64,000 bases of DNA. Source: an uncultured Gemmatimonadales bacterium (GTDB taxonomy: Bacteria; Gemmatimonadota; Gemmatimonadetes; Gemmatimonadales; GWC2-71-9). The DNA is taken from NCBI GenBank assembly GCA_963711915.1, contig CAVQGA010000016.1, forward strand, positions 2,143 through 66,142. Direction: 5' to 3'. Shown one piece after another: positions 8,545-17,845 of this stretch (its first letter is position 1; each line of letters begins with the position of its first letter). Made by a program: the position numbers and the translations under genes. Under the pieces are notes generated by a model. That model was given only the letters and a program-made list of their open reading frames with translations. It did not search any database and was not told where the DNA came from.

Positions 8545-9184
8545 GCTGGAGGTCGTGGCGCTACCGAACGGGCAGTTCGCGCAGAATTGCTATCTCGTGG
8601 CCGACCGCGGAACCGGGGACGCGGTGATCATCGATCCGGGTGAGGAGCCCGCGATGTTCCTGGCCGAGCTCGACACGCGCGCCTGGGCCCTCCGCGCGAT
8701 CTGGCTCACCCACGCGCACATCGACCACATCCTGGGCGTCGGGGCCGTCAAGCAGGCCACCGGCGCCCCGATCCACCTGCATCCGCTCGACCGGCCGATC
8801 TACGACGCGCTGCCCCAGTTCGGCAGCTGGGTCGGCATGCAGCTGGATCCGCCCCCGCCGCCGGATGTCGAGCTCCAGGGCGGCGCGCCGGTGCAGGTGG
8901 GCCGGTTCGGATTCGATGTCCGGTTCACGCCGGGCCACTCGCCGGGCAGCGTGAGCTTCGTGGGGCACGACATGGTGTTCGGCGGCGACGTGCTGTTCAA
9001 CGGCTCGGTCGGCCGGACCGATCTGCCCGGCGGCGACCCGGCGACGCTGATGGCCACTATCCAGTCCCAGTTTCTGTCGCTGCCGGACTCGACGGTGGTG
9101 CACAGCGGCCACGGGCCCGACACCACCATCGGCGTGGAGCGGCTCACCAACCCGTTTCTGACCGGGGCGTTTCCCATTGGGTGA
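8537..9184 (+). CDS. MBL-fold metallo-hydrolase (hydroxyacylglutathione-hydrolase-like)
   Basis: Contains the THAHIDH motif, TPGHSPGS and a downstream His/Asp ligand pattern. Confidence 0.85.
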   Translation: MSELEVVALPNGQFAQNCYLVADRGTGDAVIIDPGEEPAMFLAELDTRAWALRAIWLTHAHIDHILGVGAVKQATGAPIHLHPLDRPIYDALPQFGSWVGMQLDPPPPPDVELQGGAPVQVGRFGFDVRFTPGHSPGSVSFVGHDMVFGGDVLFNGSVGRTDLPGGDPATLMATIQSQFLSLPDSTVVHSGHGPDTTIGVERLTNPFLTGAFPIG

Positions 9185-9213
9185 GGACGGGGCGGACGGG
9201 CGGGGGCAGCGTG

Positions 9214-9314
9214 GTCATCCCGAGCGCCGCTGTCATCCCGAGCGGAGCGAGGGATCTTCTCCGGCCTGGCTCGAGCCATTCCCCGGCAAGGTCCCTCGCT
9301 CCGCTCGGGATGAC
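9214..9314. repeat. REP-like palindromic element, copy 2 (extra 13-nt half-arm plus a full element)
   Basis: Partial arm at 9214-9226, full left arm at 9232-9256 and right arm at 9290-9314. One position forms a U-G pair on the + strand. Confidence 0.85.
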
Positions 9315-9470
9315 AGCATCCTGGTTCCACCGTCACCCCGTCCGCCCGGCGCCGCCTGCAACCGCTGCGGATTCGAGGTGCCCGGCCGGGCCTGGGGCTG
9401 CAAGAATCCGTGCTCGAACTGCGGGACCGTCTACCCGCTGGGGGATTGCTCCGATTGAGGCCCGCGGAGC

Positions 9471-10688
9471 TCAGCTCACGCCGGCCACCACGTCAGGCTT
9501 CTTGCCGCACGGTAGTTGGCCATCGCATATCTCCGGCCCCTGGTCGGTACCGCGACCGAGCTGGCCGTAGGCGTTGTGTCCCCAGCAATAGATACGATTG
9601 CTCGTGGCGTGGCCGCAGGTGTGGTGGCCGGCCCCCGGGCTCACGCCGCTGAACAGGATACCACCCACCACCGCGACCGGCGTAAGCCGGACCGTCTCGG
9701 TGCCGTCCCCGACCGCACCGGTGAAGTTGTCCCCCCAGCAATAGGCCTGGTGCCCGGTCGTCACGGCGCAGGTATGGCTGACGCCGGCCACGGCCTGCGT
9801 GAGGCTGAGGCCCCCGACGACTGCGACCGGGGTGCGCCGGCCGGTTCTGGTCCCGTCTCCGAGTTGACCGTACTCATTGGAGCCCCAACAGTAGGCTCGA
9901 TTTTGCGTGGTCAACCCGCAGCTATAAGCGTTGCCCGTGGTGACCTGGCGGAACTTCAGGCTTCCGGCAACCGCCGTGGGTATGAGCCGCAAGAAGGTAG
10001 ACGAGCCGTCTCCGACCGCACCGGCAAAGTTGTCACCCCAGCAGTAGCCCAGATCGCTGGTGGTGACCCCGCACGTGGTGCTCCCGCCGCCGACCACGTG
10101 TCGAAACCGGAGGGCTCCCCCGACCGGGACCGGGCTCAGGCGGTCGGTCAGTGTGCCGTCGCCGAGCTGGCCCCAGCGGTTGTCACCCCAGCAGTAGAGC
10201 CGATGCGCCGCCGTCAGAGCGCACGTATGAAAGCCCCCTGTGTTCACCTCACTGAAGTGGCGTCCACCGGCCACGGCCACCGGCGTCAGCCGATTGCGGC
10301 GCGCGCCGTTGCCCAGGCGTCCGTCTTCGCCGCGCCCCCAGCAGTAGACCAGGCTGTCGGTCGCCACGCCGCAGGTGTGGGCGTCGGAAGCGCTCACGTG
10401 CAGGAACCGAAGTCCCCGCGCGACCGCCACCGGCCGTACTCGATGGAGGGTGTCGCCAACGCCCAGCTGGCCGTCGGTGTTGAGGCCCCAGCAGTAGATG
10501 TGCTGGTCCGTGGCCACGCCGCAGCTGTGGTATCCACCTGCGCTGACCTCGCTGTAGGCCAGGATGGTCGCGGCTGTCACCGCGGCCGGTCCAGCGCCGG
10601 GCGCTGAAGGCAGATTGACCTGGTCCTGGCAGCCGGCAACTCCAGCGACGAGGCATATGAGGAACGCGTAGGCCTTGCGGAACGTCAT
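9471..10688 (-). CDS. RCC1/BLIP-II repeat (7-bladed propeller) lipoprotein
   Basis: Lipobox LVAGVAGC near the N-terminus. Seven repeats of the type GGxHxCxxTxxxxxYCWGxNxxGQLGDG. Confidence 0.85.
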   Translation of the reverse strand: MTFRKAYAFLICLVAGVAGCQDQVNLPSAPGAGPAAVTAATILAYSEVSAGGYHSCGVATDQHIYCWGLNTDGQLGVGDTLHRVRPVAVARGLRFLHVSASDAHTCGVATDSLVYCWGRGEDGRLGNGARRNRLTPVAVAGGRHFSEVNTGGFHTCALTAAHRLYCWGDNRWGQLGDGTLTDRLSPVPVGGALRFRHVVGGGSTTCGVTTSDLGYCWGDNFAGAVGDGSSTFLRLIPTAVAGSLKFRQVTTGNAYSCGLTTQNRAYCWGSNEYGQLGDGTRTGRRTPVAVVGGLSLTQAVAGVSHTCAVTTGHQAYCWGDNFTGAVGDGTETVRLTPVAVVGGILFSGVSPGAGHHTCGHATSNRIYCWGHNAYGQLGRGTDQGPEICDGQLPCGKKPDVVAGVS

Positions 10689-11006
10689 GGGCGGCAGCCT
10701 CGATTCGGTTGGCAGGGATAGCGGGCTGCTTGACCGCGGCCTGCCGGCGGTGAGACACCCGGCACATTAGCCTCCCACCATCAAGCCGATCTCAAGCCGC
10801 ATTCCAGGAACGACCTAGGGCGATGTCTACCGAGCCCGTTATCTTCCACCCGCGCGAGACCGCGCCTCCGCCGCGGGCGAAGCGCCCGCCGAAGCATAGC
10901 CCCGACCGGGCTCGAACGCGCGGGCGTTCAATGCGGACGCTCATACCGACGGTAGGCACCGCCTAGTCTCTCGGGGACTGCTCTGACTGATACCACGGCC
11001 GGCGGC

Positions 11007-12251
11007 ATGCTGGACCTCGAGGTGGTCGCGCCCGCAGGGGCGCGGGCCTCGCTCGACATCGCGCGCCTGCAGCTCCCGCCGCGGCTCCGCCCGGCCGCCA
11101 GGCTCGGCGTGCTCGACATCACCGAGTTCTTCGGCGAGACCACCGGTGGGGTGCGGACCTACATCCTGCAGAAGGCGCACTACGTCCAGCGGCGGCCCGA
11201 GCTGCGCCAGGCCATCGTCGTCCCGGGCGCCCGGGACGAGATCCTTGAGGCGAGCGGCGTCCGCTGCTACCGCCTGCACGGTCCGTCGGTTCCCACCCAA
11301 AAGCCCTACCGCTTCCTCCTCGCCACCCGATCCACCAGCCGCATCGTGGCGCACGAGCGGCCGAACCTGATCGAGGTCGGAAGCGCGTGGTTCGCGCCCT
11401 GGCTGGTGCACCTGGCCACCCGGCGCGTGGACCTGCCCGTCGTCTGGTTCTACCACAGCAACTTCCCTCGCGTCATCGCCCCGTGGCCGGACGCCGCCGG
11501 GCCCGCGCGCCGCCGGGCGGTCGAGTTCGCCTGGCGCTACGTGCGCCGGCTCGGCCGGATGGTGCGCGCCACCCTGGCGCCTTCCGATTTCGTCGCGCGC
11601 GAGCTGGAACGGGAGGGCGTGGAGCGGGTCGTGCGCGTCGGACTGGGCGTGGACCTCGAGCGCTTCCATCCCGCGCGGCGAGCATCGGCGGCGGACACCC
11701 GGCGCGCCCTGGGCCTTCCCGACGGCCCCCTCGCCATCTACGTGGGACGGATGGCGCCCGAAAAAGAGGTCGATCTCCTGCTCACCGCCTGGCCCGAAGT
11801 GGAGCGCCGCACCGGCGCCCGGCTCGTGCTGGTCGGCGATGGCCCGGCCAAGCGCCGCCTCCAGCGGCGTGCCGGGAGTGACCGTCACCGCTGGCTGCCG
11901 TTTCAGCGCGACCGCGACCGGCTGGCCGACCTGCTCGCCGCGGTCGACCTGGCCGTGGCCCCGTGCTCCATCGAGACGTTCGGACTCTCGGCGCTCGAGG
12001 CCCTCTCGACCGGGACGCCGCTGCTGTCCGCCGATCGCGGCGGCGTGGCCGAGACCGTGGGTCGCTCCGGTGCCGGCGCGACCTTCGCTTCGGGGGATGC
12101 CGGCGCCCTCGCGGACGCCGCCGTCCGCCTGCTGCAGGGTGACCTCGCTTCGCTCGGCGCCGCCGGCCGCCGGTACGCCGAGGCGGACCACGGCTGGGAC
12201 GCCGTGCTGGACCGCATCTTCGACGTCTACCGCGGCATCGTGACGTCGTGA
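11007..12251 (+). CDS. glycosyltransferase family 4 (GT-B, retaining)
   Basis: C-terminal EtfGLsalEAlstGtPllsadrGGvaEtV motif typical of the Glycos_transf_1 family. Confidence 0.8.
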   Translation: MLDLEVVAPAGARASLDIARLQLPPRLRPAARLGVLDITEFFGETTGGVRTYILQKAHYVQRRPELRQAIVVPGARDEILEASGVRCYRLHGPSVPTQKPYRFLLATRSTSRIVAHERPNLIEVGSAWFAPWLVHLATRRVDLPVVWFYHSNFPRVIAPWPDAAGPARRRAVEFAWRYVRRLGRMVRATLAPSDFVARELEREGVERVVRVGLGVDLERFHPARRASAADTRRALGLPDGPLAIYVGRMAPEKEVDLLLTAWPEVERRTGARLVLVGDGPAKRRLQRRAGSDRHRWLPFQRDRDRLADLLAAVDLAVAPCSIETFGLSALEALSTGTPLLSADRGGVAETVGRSGAGATFASGDAGALADAAVRLLQGDLASLGAAGRRYAEADHGWDAVLDRIFDVYRGIVTS

Positions 12252-12967
12252 GCCTGCTCGTCTCGATCCACGACGTGACGCCCGCGCTCGCGGACGGCAT
12301 CGTCCGGCTGTGGGACCTCTGCGCCCGGCGAGGGGTGCGGCCGGCCTTGCTCGTCGTGCCCGAGTGGCACGGCGCGTGGCCGCTCGAGGCCTCGCCGGAC
12401 TTCGTGGCCTGGCTCCGCGCCCGGGCGGACGAGGGAGCGGAGATCGTTCTCCACGGCGAGCGCCACGACGAAGTGGGCCTGCCGCGCCGGTTCGGCGACC
12501 AGGTCCGCGCGTGGGGCCGCACGGCGCGCGAGGGCGAATTCCTCACTCTCGACGAGCCGGCCGCACGCGACCGGATCGCCCGCGGCCGCGCCCGGCTCCA
12601 GGCCCTCGGCCTCGAGCCGGTCGGGTTCGTGCCGCCGGCGTGGCTGGCCCGGGACGCGGGGCACCGCGCGGCCGGTGGAATCGGACTCGGCTTCAGCGAG
12701 GACGACGCGGCGATCCGGCTGTTCCCCTCGGGCCGGCGCATTGCGTCGCCCGTGGTCCGCTGGAGCGCGAGGAGTTCGATGCGGGCCTGGGGCTCAGTGG
12801 CGGTGGCCCGCGCGCGCTGGTGGATGCAGCGCGGCGCCGAACACCCGCGTATCGCCTTTCACCCGCAGGACCTCGAGCATCCCGCCACCGCGGCGGCGCT
12901 GGGCCCGACGCTCGATCGCTGGCTCGGCCGGCACCGACCGATCACCTACAGCGCGCTCGCCGGATGA
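12248..12967 (+). CDS. DUF2334-like / polysaccharide-deacetylase-fold protein
   Basis: N-terminal LLVSIHDVTP and LHGERHDE motifs. GTGA overlap with the GT4 gene and ATGA overlap with the next gene. Confidence 0.6.
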   Translation: MSLLVSIHDVTPALADGIVRLWDLCARRGVRPALLVVPEWHGAWPLEASPDFVAWLRARADEGAEIVLHGERHDEVGLPRRFGDQVRAWGRTAREGEFLTLDEPAARDRIARGRARLQALGLEPVGFVPPAWLARDAGHRAAGGIGLGFSEDDAAIRLFPSGRRIASPVVRWSARSSMRAWGSVAVARARWWMQRGAEHPRIAFHPQDLEHPATAAALGPTLDRWLGRHRPITYSALAG

Positions 12968-13833
12968 GCTCGGTCCAGGCGCACCTGCTGTGTGTCGCGC
13001 TCGTCGCGGCCGACCTGCTGGCGCGCTCGTGGCGCATCCAGTGGATCGTGCAGGGGGTCGGTCACCGGATGAGCCTGTGGGATTCCTTCGTGCTGAACGC
13101 GTTCGGCGACGCGGCCTGCGCCCTGACGCCGCTCCGGATCGGCGGAGAGCCCGCGCGCCTCGCCGGCATGCTCCGGACGCGGGTCCCCGCCACCGCCGCG
13201 TTCGTGGCGATCAGCCTGGAGGTTCTGGCCGCATGGCCGGTCATCCTGGTGGCGGGGGGCTGGCTGGTCTGGCGCTATGCGCCGGCGTGGTGGCTCGTGG
13301 CCGGGCCGCGGCTCACGGCCGCGGCGGAATCGGCGTGGCCCTGGGTCGCCCTGGTCGCGATCGTGAGCGTGCTCGCCTGGCGGGTGGCCCGGCGGGTGGC
13401 CTCGCCCGCGGCGCGGCAGCTGCGGCGGCCGATCCGGCGGGCCCTGGTCTACTGGCGGCGCATGCCGCACTGGCCGCTGGTCGCCAGCGTGCCGCTCAGC
13501 TTCATCAACCTCGCCACCCGGGTGGCGATCCTGCCGGTCCTCGCCCTCACGCTCCCGAGCCCGCCGGCGCTGGGCCCACTCGTGTTCGGCTCGTTCGCGC
13601 TGCTGTACAGTCAGCTCATCCTGCCGACGCCGTCGGGTGCGGGCGCGGTCGAGCTCGGATTTCTCGGGGGCGCGGCGGGCGATCTGGGGAGCGGCGAAGG
13701 CTGGCTGCTCCTCGCCTGGCGCTTCTACACCAATGGGATCGGCGTGCTGGTGGGCGTCGCCCTGGCGGTGCGAATCTACGGCTGGCCGGCCCTGCGCCAG
13801 CTAGCGCGGCGGTGGAGCAATCCCCACCAGTAG
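12964..13833 (+). CDS. integral membrane protein, lysylphosphatidylglycerol-synthase-TM-region / flippase-like family
   Basis: MSSVQAHLLCVALVAADLL... It contains multiple hydrophobic helices and the LRIGGEPARL motif. Confidence 0.6.
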   Translation: MSSVQAHLLCVALVAADLLARSWRIQWIVQGVGHRMSLWDSFVLNAFGDAACALTPLRIGGEPARLAGMLRTRVPATAAFVAISLEVLAAWPVILVAGGWLVWRYAPAWWLVAGPRLTAAAESAWPWVALVAIVSVLAWRVARRVASPAARQLRRPIRRALVYWRRMPHWPLVASVPLSFINLATRVAILPVLALTLPSPPALGPLVFGSFALLYSQLILPTPSGAGAVELGFLGGAAGDLGSGEGWLLLAWRFYTNGIGVLVGVALAVRIYGWPALRQLARRWSNPHQ

Positions 13834-14124
13834 TACCGTCCGCTCGAGCGCTTCCGCCACGCCGTGCGGCACGTCGGCGGGCGCCCAGATCACGGTGCCG
13901 GCGCCGACCTCGCGGGTTTCGTCGCCGACCGTCACCTTCGCCCGGCCGCTCACGACGACATAGAACTTGTCCGCCCCGGCGTGGGTGTGCACGCGCTGGG
14001 ACTGGCCGGGCTCGAAGCAGTTAAGGCCCACGAACAGATGGTGGCCCGCGAAGAGGTCGGCCTTGGTCGCTCGCTCGGCGTCGAACACGGCGGCCGCCGA
14101 GATCCCGCGGAAATGCCCGCTCAT
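13801..14124 (-). CDS. cupin-domain protein (107 aa)
   Basis: Cupin motifs G(x)5HxH (GQSQRVHTHAG) and GxxxxxPxxxxH (GTVIWAPADVPHG). ATG at 14124. Confidence 0.75.
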   Translation of the reverse strand: MSGHFRGISAAAVFDAERATKADLFAGHHLFVGLNCFEPGQSQRVHTHAGADKFYVVVSGRAKVTVGDETREVGAGTVIWAPADVPHGVAEALERTVLLVGIAPPPR

Positions 14125-14200
14125 CCGTTGTCGCTCCTCTCGCGGACCGGTATCATTCCGCGACATTTTCGTCGTCGCCAACCTCGAACCGAACCGGACC

Positions 14201-15622
14201 ATGACCAGCCCCCGCCTCGAACGCGATCCGCTCGGCGAAAAGGCCGTCCCCGCGGACGCGCTGTACGGCATCCAGACGCTCCGCGCGTCGGAGAACTTCC
14301 CGATTTCTGATCTCCGACCACTGCCGGCCTTCGTGGACGCCGTCGTCTGGATCAAGCGCGCCGCGGCCCTGACCCACAAGGAAACCGGGCGCCTCGAGCC
14401 GTCACTGGCGGATGCCATCGTCAAGGCGGCCGACGAGGTGCTCGAGGGGCGGCATCGCGATCAATTTATCGTCGACGTGTATCAGGCGGGCGCGGGGACC
14501 AGCCACAACATGAACGTAAACGAGGTCCTGGCCAACCGGGCCAACGAGCTGCTCGGCAAGCCCCGCGGCGGCTACACCCCGGTGCACCCGAACGATCACG
14601 TCAACATGGCGCAGAGCACCAACGACGTGATCCCGACCGCGATGCGGCTCGCCGTCCTGGCGACGCTCCCCGTCACCCTGGCCGCGCTCGACACGCTCGC
14701 GGCCTCGTTTCTGGCCAAGGGCGTCGAGTTCGACGACGTCATCAAGTCCGGCCGGACCCACCTGCAGGATGCGACGCCGATCCGACTGGGCCAGGAGTTC
14801 AGCGCCTACGGGCACACGGTCCAGCGCCACCGCGGGAAACTGGCGCAGGCGGCCGACTGGCTGCGCGACATGAACATCGGGGGCACGGCGGTGGGCACGG
14901 GCATCAACGCGGAAGCCCGCTACCCCGCGCTCATGGTCAAGCATCTCGCGGCGGTGAGCGGCCTCGAGCTGCGGGAAGGGCAGGACCGGATCCAGCTCAT
15001 GCAGTCGATGGGCGACGTCGCCACGTTGAGCGGCGCGCTCCGGGCCTACCTCCTCGATCTCAACAAGATCGCCAACGACATCCGGTTGCTGGCCTCGGGA
15101 CCGCGCACCGGACTGGCCGAGATCGTGCTGCCGGCGGTGCAGCCGGGGTCGAGCATCATGCCGGGGAAGGTCAATCCGTCGATCGCCGAGATGGTGAACC
15201 AGGTGTGCTATCAGGCGCTCGGTCTCGACACGACGGTGGCCCTGGCCGCCGAAGCGGGGCAGCTCGAGCTCAATGTGATGATGCCGGTCATCACCCACAA
15301 CATCGTCTTCGCGCTGCAGATCGTCGGCAATGCGACGCGGGTCTTCGCCGAGCGCTGTGTGGACGGGATCGAAGCCGACGCCGGTCAGTGCGCGTACTGG
15401 CTCGAGCGGAGCCCTGCGCTCGTGACCGCGCTCGCTCCCAAGATCGGCTACGCCGAAGCCGCCAAGCTGGCCAAGGAGGCGCTGGCGACCGGTCTCACCG
15501 TGAAGGAGCTGGTCGTGAAGAAAGGGCTGCTGCGGGGCGCCGAGCTGGAGGAGGTGCTCGACCTGCGCGCCATGACCGAGTTGGGCGTCCCTGGCGGCAA
15601 GGGCCTCCCCGGCGGGGGCTGA
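14201..15622 (+). CDS. aspA: aspartate ammonia-lyase (class II fumarase/aspartase family)
   Basis: Contains the GSSIMPGKVNP signature. The N-terminal region (ENFPIS, VDVYQAGAGTSHNMNVNEVLAN, NDHVNMAQSTND) looks more like AspA than FumC. Confidence 0.8.
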   Translation: MTSPRLERDPLGEKAVPADALYGIQTLRASENFPISDLRPLPAFVDAVVWIKRAAALTHKETGRLEPSLADAIVKAADEVLEGRHRDQFIVDVYQAGAGTSHNMNVNEVLANRANELLGKPRGGYTPVHPNDHVNMAQSTNDVIPTAMRLAVLATLPVTLAALDTLAASFLAKGVEFDDVIKSGRTHLQDATPIRLGQEFSAYGHTVQRHRGKLAQAADWLRDMNIGGTAVGTGINAEARYPALMVKHLAAVSGLELREGQDRIQLMQSMGDVATLSGALRAYLLDLNKIANDIRLLASGPRTGLAEIVLPAVQPGSSIMPGKVNPSIAEMVNQVCYQALGLDTTVALAAEAGQLELNVMMPVITHNIVFALQIVGNATRVFAERCVDGIEADAGQCAYWLERSPALVTALAPKIGYAEAAKLAKEALATGLTVKELVVKKGLLRGAELEEVLDLRAMTELGVPGGKGLPGGG

Positions 15623-16381
15623 TCAGTCGGGCGGCGCGCCGGCCGAGGGCAGCTCCAAGATCCGGAACGGCGGCCCGTCGGGCTGGGTCCGCTGCAGCAG
15701 GCTCAACGACACGTTGTAGACCGGCACGCCGTTCTGCGTCCGCCCCTCCGCGGTGCCGTGATGGGCGTGGCCGTGGAAGACGGCGTCGACCGGATAGCGG
15801 CTCAGCGGCTCCTCCAACCGGCTCGAGCCGAGGTAGGGATAAATCTCCCTCGGCTCGCCGGCGACAGTCCCCTCGATCGGCGAGTAGTGGAGCAACACCA
15901 CCCGCCGCTCGGTGCGGAGCCGGGCCAGCGCGGTCTCGAGCTTCAGCGCCTCGTTCAGCGCCTCCTGAACGAACAGCTTGATGACGCTCTCCCCCCACGG
16001 CCCCAGGGCGCCCCGCCCGAACCCCCCCGCGAACCCCTTCGCCCCGGCGAACCCCACGCCGAGGACCTCGTACCCGCCGCCGTCGAGGACATGCACGCCC
16101 GCGTCGCAGAGAACGCGCGAGACCTCCGTGGTCTTCCCGGACTCCCAGTCGTGATTGCCGAGCACGGCGACGGTGGGGATCGTCGCGGTGCCGAGTGCCC
16201 GGGCCAGCGCCCGAGCCTCATCCGGCTCCCCGGTGTCCGTCAGGTCACCGCAGAGCGCGAGGATATCAGCCTGCTCGATGACCTCCGCAAAGAGCGTCCG
16301 GAGGGGCGGGCCATGGCCGGTGCGGCCGAAATGCAGGTCGGCGACCGCCGCGATGCGAACCCTGCCAGGGATCTTGGTCAT
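15623..16381 (-). CDS. calcineurin-like metallophosphoesterase
   Basis: Contains ADLHFG, CGDLTD, GNHD and GHAHHG motifs. ATG 16381 was preferred over TTG 16390. Confidence 0.8.
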   Translation of the reverse strand: MTKIPGRVRIAAVADLHFGRTGHGPPLRTLFAEVIEQADILALCGDLTDTGEPDEARALARALGTATIPTVAVLGNHDWESGKTTEVSRVLCDAGVHVLDGGGYEVLGVGFAGAKGFAGGFGRGALGPWGESVIKLFVQEALNEALKLETALARLRTERRVVLLHYSPIEGTVAGEPREIYPYLGSSRLEEPLSRYPVDAVFHGHAHHGTAEGRTQNGVPVYNVSLSLLQRTQPDGPPFRILELPSAGAPPD

Positions 16382-16479
16382 GGGTCCCAATCAACCCGGG
16401 GAGGGGGACCGGAGCGGTGATCTCCCGCACAACCGTTTGCCAGGGGCGTGCCTAAGATGGTTCTACAGGAGGAGAACCC

Positions 16480-17280
16480 ATGGCCCTCGCCCCGACGCAG
16501 TCGCTGGTGGACACCCCGTCGCGTGCCTACTACCGGCAGGCGATGGAGGTACTCACCCGTGCGCAGGTCCCGTTTCTGGTGGGCGGGGCGTTCGCCTTCG
16601 TCCACCAGGCGGGGATCGACCGCTCGACCAAGGACCTCGACATCTTCGTCCGGCCGAGCGACGTGCACCGCCTCCTCGAGGTGTGCGCGGCCGCCGGGTA
16701 CGAGGCCGAGCTGGTGTTCTCCCATTGGCTGGCCAAGATCCGCTCCCCGGACGGGTTCATCGACGTCATCTTCAGCTCGGGCAACGGCCTGGCCGTCGTG
16801 GACGACCAGTGGTTCGAGCACGCCACCGAGCAGAGCGTGCTCGGCACGAACGTCCAGGTCGCCCCGGCGGAAGAGAGCCTCTGGAGCAAGGCGTTCGTCA
16901 TGGAGCGCGAGCGCTTCGACGGGGCGGACGTCGCGCACATCATCCTGGCCTACGGCGACCGCCTCGACTGGCGCCGGCTGCTCGACCGGTTCGGCGCCCA
17001 CTGGCGCGTCTTGCTGGCGCATCTCGTCCTGTTCGGCTTCATCTATCCGAGCGCGCGCTCCCGCGTCCCGCCCTGGGTCATGCACGAGCTGCTCGACCGG
17101 CTGACCCCCGAACTGGACGCGGCCGACGCGGACGATCCGGTCTGCTACGGCACGCTTCTCTCCTGGTCCCAGTATCTGGGGGATGTCTTCGGAGGGAACT
17201 TCCGCGACGCGCGGATCCGGCCGTACGGATCGCTGACCGCCGAAGAAGTGGCGCGCTGGACCTCGGCGGACAAGAAGTGA
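16480..17280 (+). CDS. pol-beta-fold nucleotidyltransferase-like hypothetical protein
   Basis: The G-G..(x)n..DLDIFV pattern (VGGAFAFVHQAGIDRSTKDLDIFV) resembles the minimal NTase signature. Confidence 0.5.
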   Translation: MALAPTQSLVDTPSRAYYRQAMEVLTRAQVPFLVGGAFAFVHQAGIDRSTKDLDIFVRPSDVHRLLEVCAAAGYEAELVFSHWLAKIRSPDGFIDVIFSSGNGLAVVDDQWFEHATEQSVLGTNVQVAPAEESLWSKAFVMERERFDGADVAHIILAYGDRLDWRRLLDRFGAHWRVLLAHLVLFGFIYPSARSRVPPWVMHELLDRLTPELDAADADDPVCYGTLLSWSQYLGDVFGGNFRDARIRPYGSLTAEEVARWTSADKK

Positions 17281-17327
17281 CCTGACGCGGTCGTCGCGGG
17301 GGCTCTCCGGGGGTTCCCGCACCGCCA

Positions 17328-17356
17328 TTGAATACCGACCTCGGGCCACGCATATT
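17328..17356 (+). promoter_or_regulatory. sigma70-like promoter (-35 TTGAAT, 17-bp spacer, -10 CATATT) ending 7 nt before the Rrf2 ATG, so the transcript may be leaderless. It also forms an inverted repeat, TGAATA-N18-TATTCA.
   Basis: An AT-rich motif in a roughly 70% GC background. There is no Shine-Dalgarno sequence between the -10 and ATG 17364. Confidence 0.35.
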
Positions 17357-17363
17357 CAGCCTC

Positions 17364-17822
17364 ATGCGGGTCACCACCTGGACCGAATACAGCCTGATTA
17401 TTTCGCTTCACCTGGCACGCCACGGCCGGGCGGGCGGCGGAGCGGTCGCCGCGCGCGAACTGGCCGATGCCGAGCGGCTGCCCGCGGACTACGTCGAGCA
17501 GATCCTGCTGCGACTCCGCCGTGCCGGCCTGGTCGAAAGCGTCCGCGGCGCCAAAGGCGGTTACTTCCTGGCTAAGGAGCCCGCGGCCATCTCGGTGCGG
17601 GACGTCATGGCCGCCTCCGAGCACCAGACCTTCGAAGTCAACTGCGAGACCCATCCGGTGGACGCCGAGCGATGTAGCCCCGGCGCCACCTGTAGCATCC
17701 GGCCGGTCTGGCACGCGCTCCAGCAGCGGGTGGACGAGCTGCTGGCGAGCATTTCCCTCGCCGACCTGATGAAACAGGAATCCCAGGTTCAGGAGCTGGT
17801 CGGGATCTCGTCGGCGGGGTAG
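17364..17822 (+). CDS. Rrf2-family transcriptional regulator (IscR/CymR-like), three-Cys cluster motif
   Basis: MRVTTWTEYSLIISLHLAR and VRGAKGGYFLAK (wHTH), plus C-x9-C-x5-C (CETHPVDAERCSPGATC). Confidence 0.85.
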   Translation: MRVTTWTEYSLIISLHLARHGRAGGGAVAARELADAERLPADYVEQILLRLRRAGLVESVRGAKGGYFLAKEPAAISVRDVMAASEHQTFEVNCETHPVDAERCSPGATCSIRPVWHALQQRVDELLASISLADLMKQESQVQELVGISSAG

Positions 17823-17845
17823 TCCTCGCCGGCAGAGGTGTCTCA

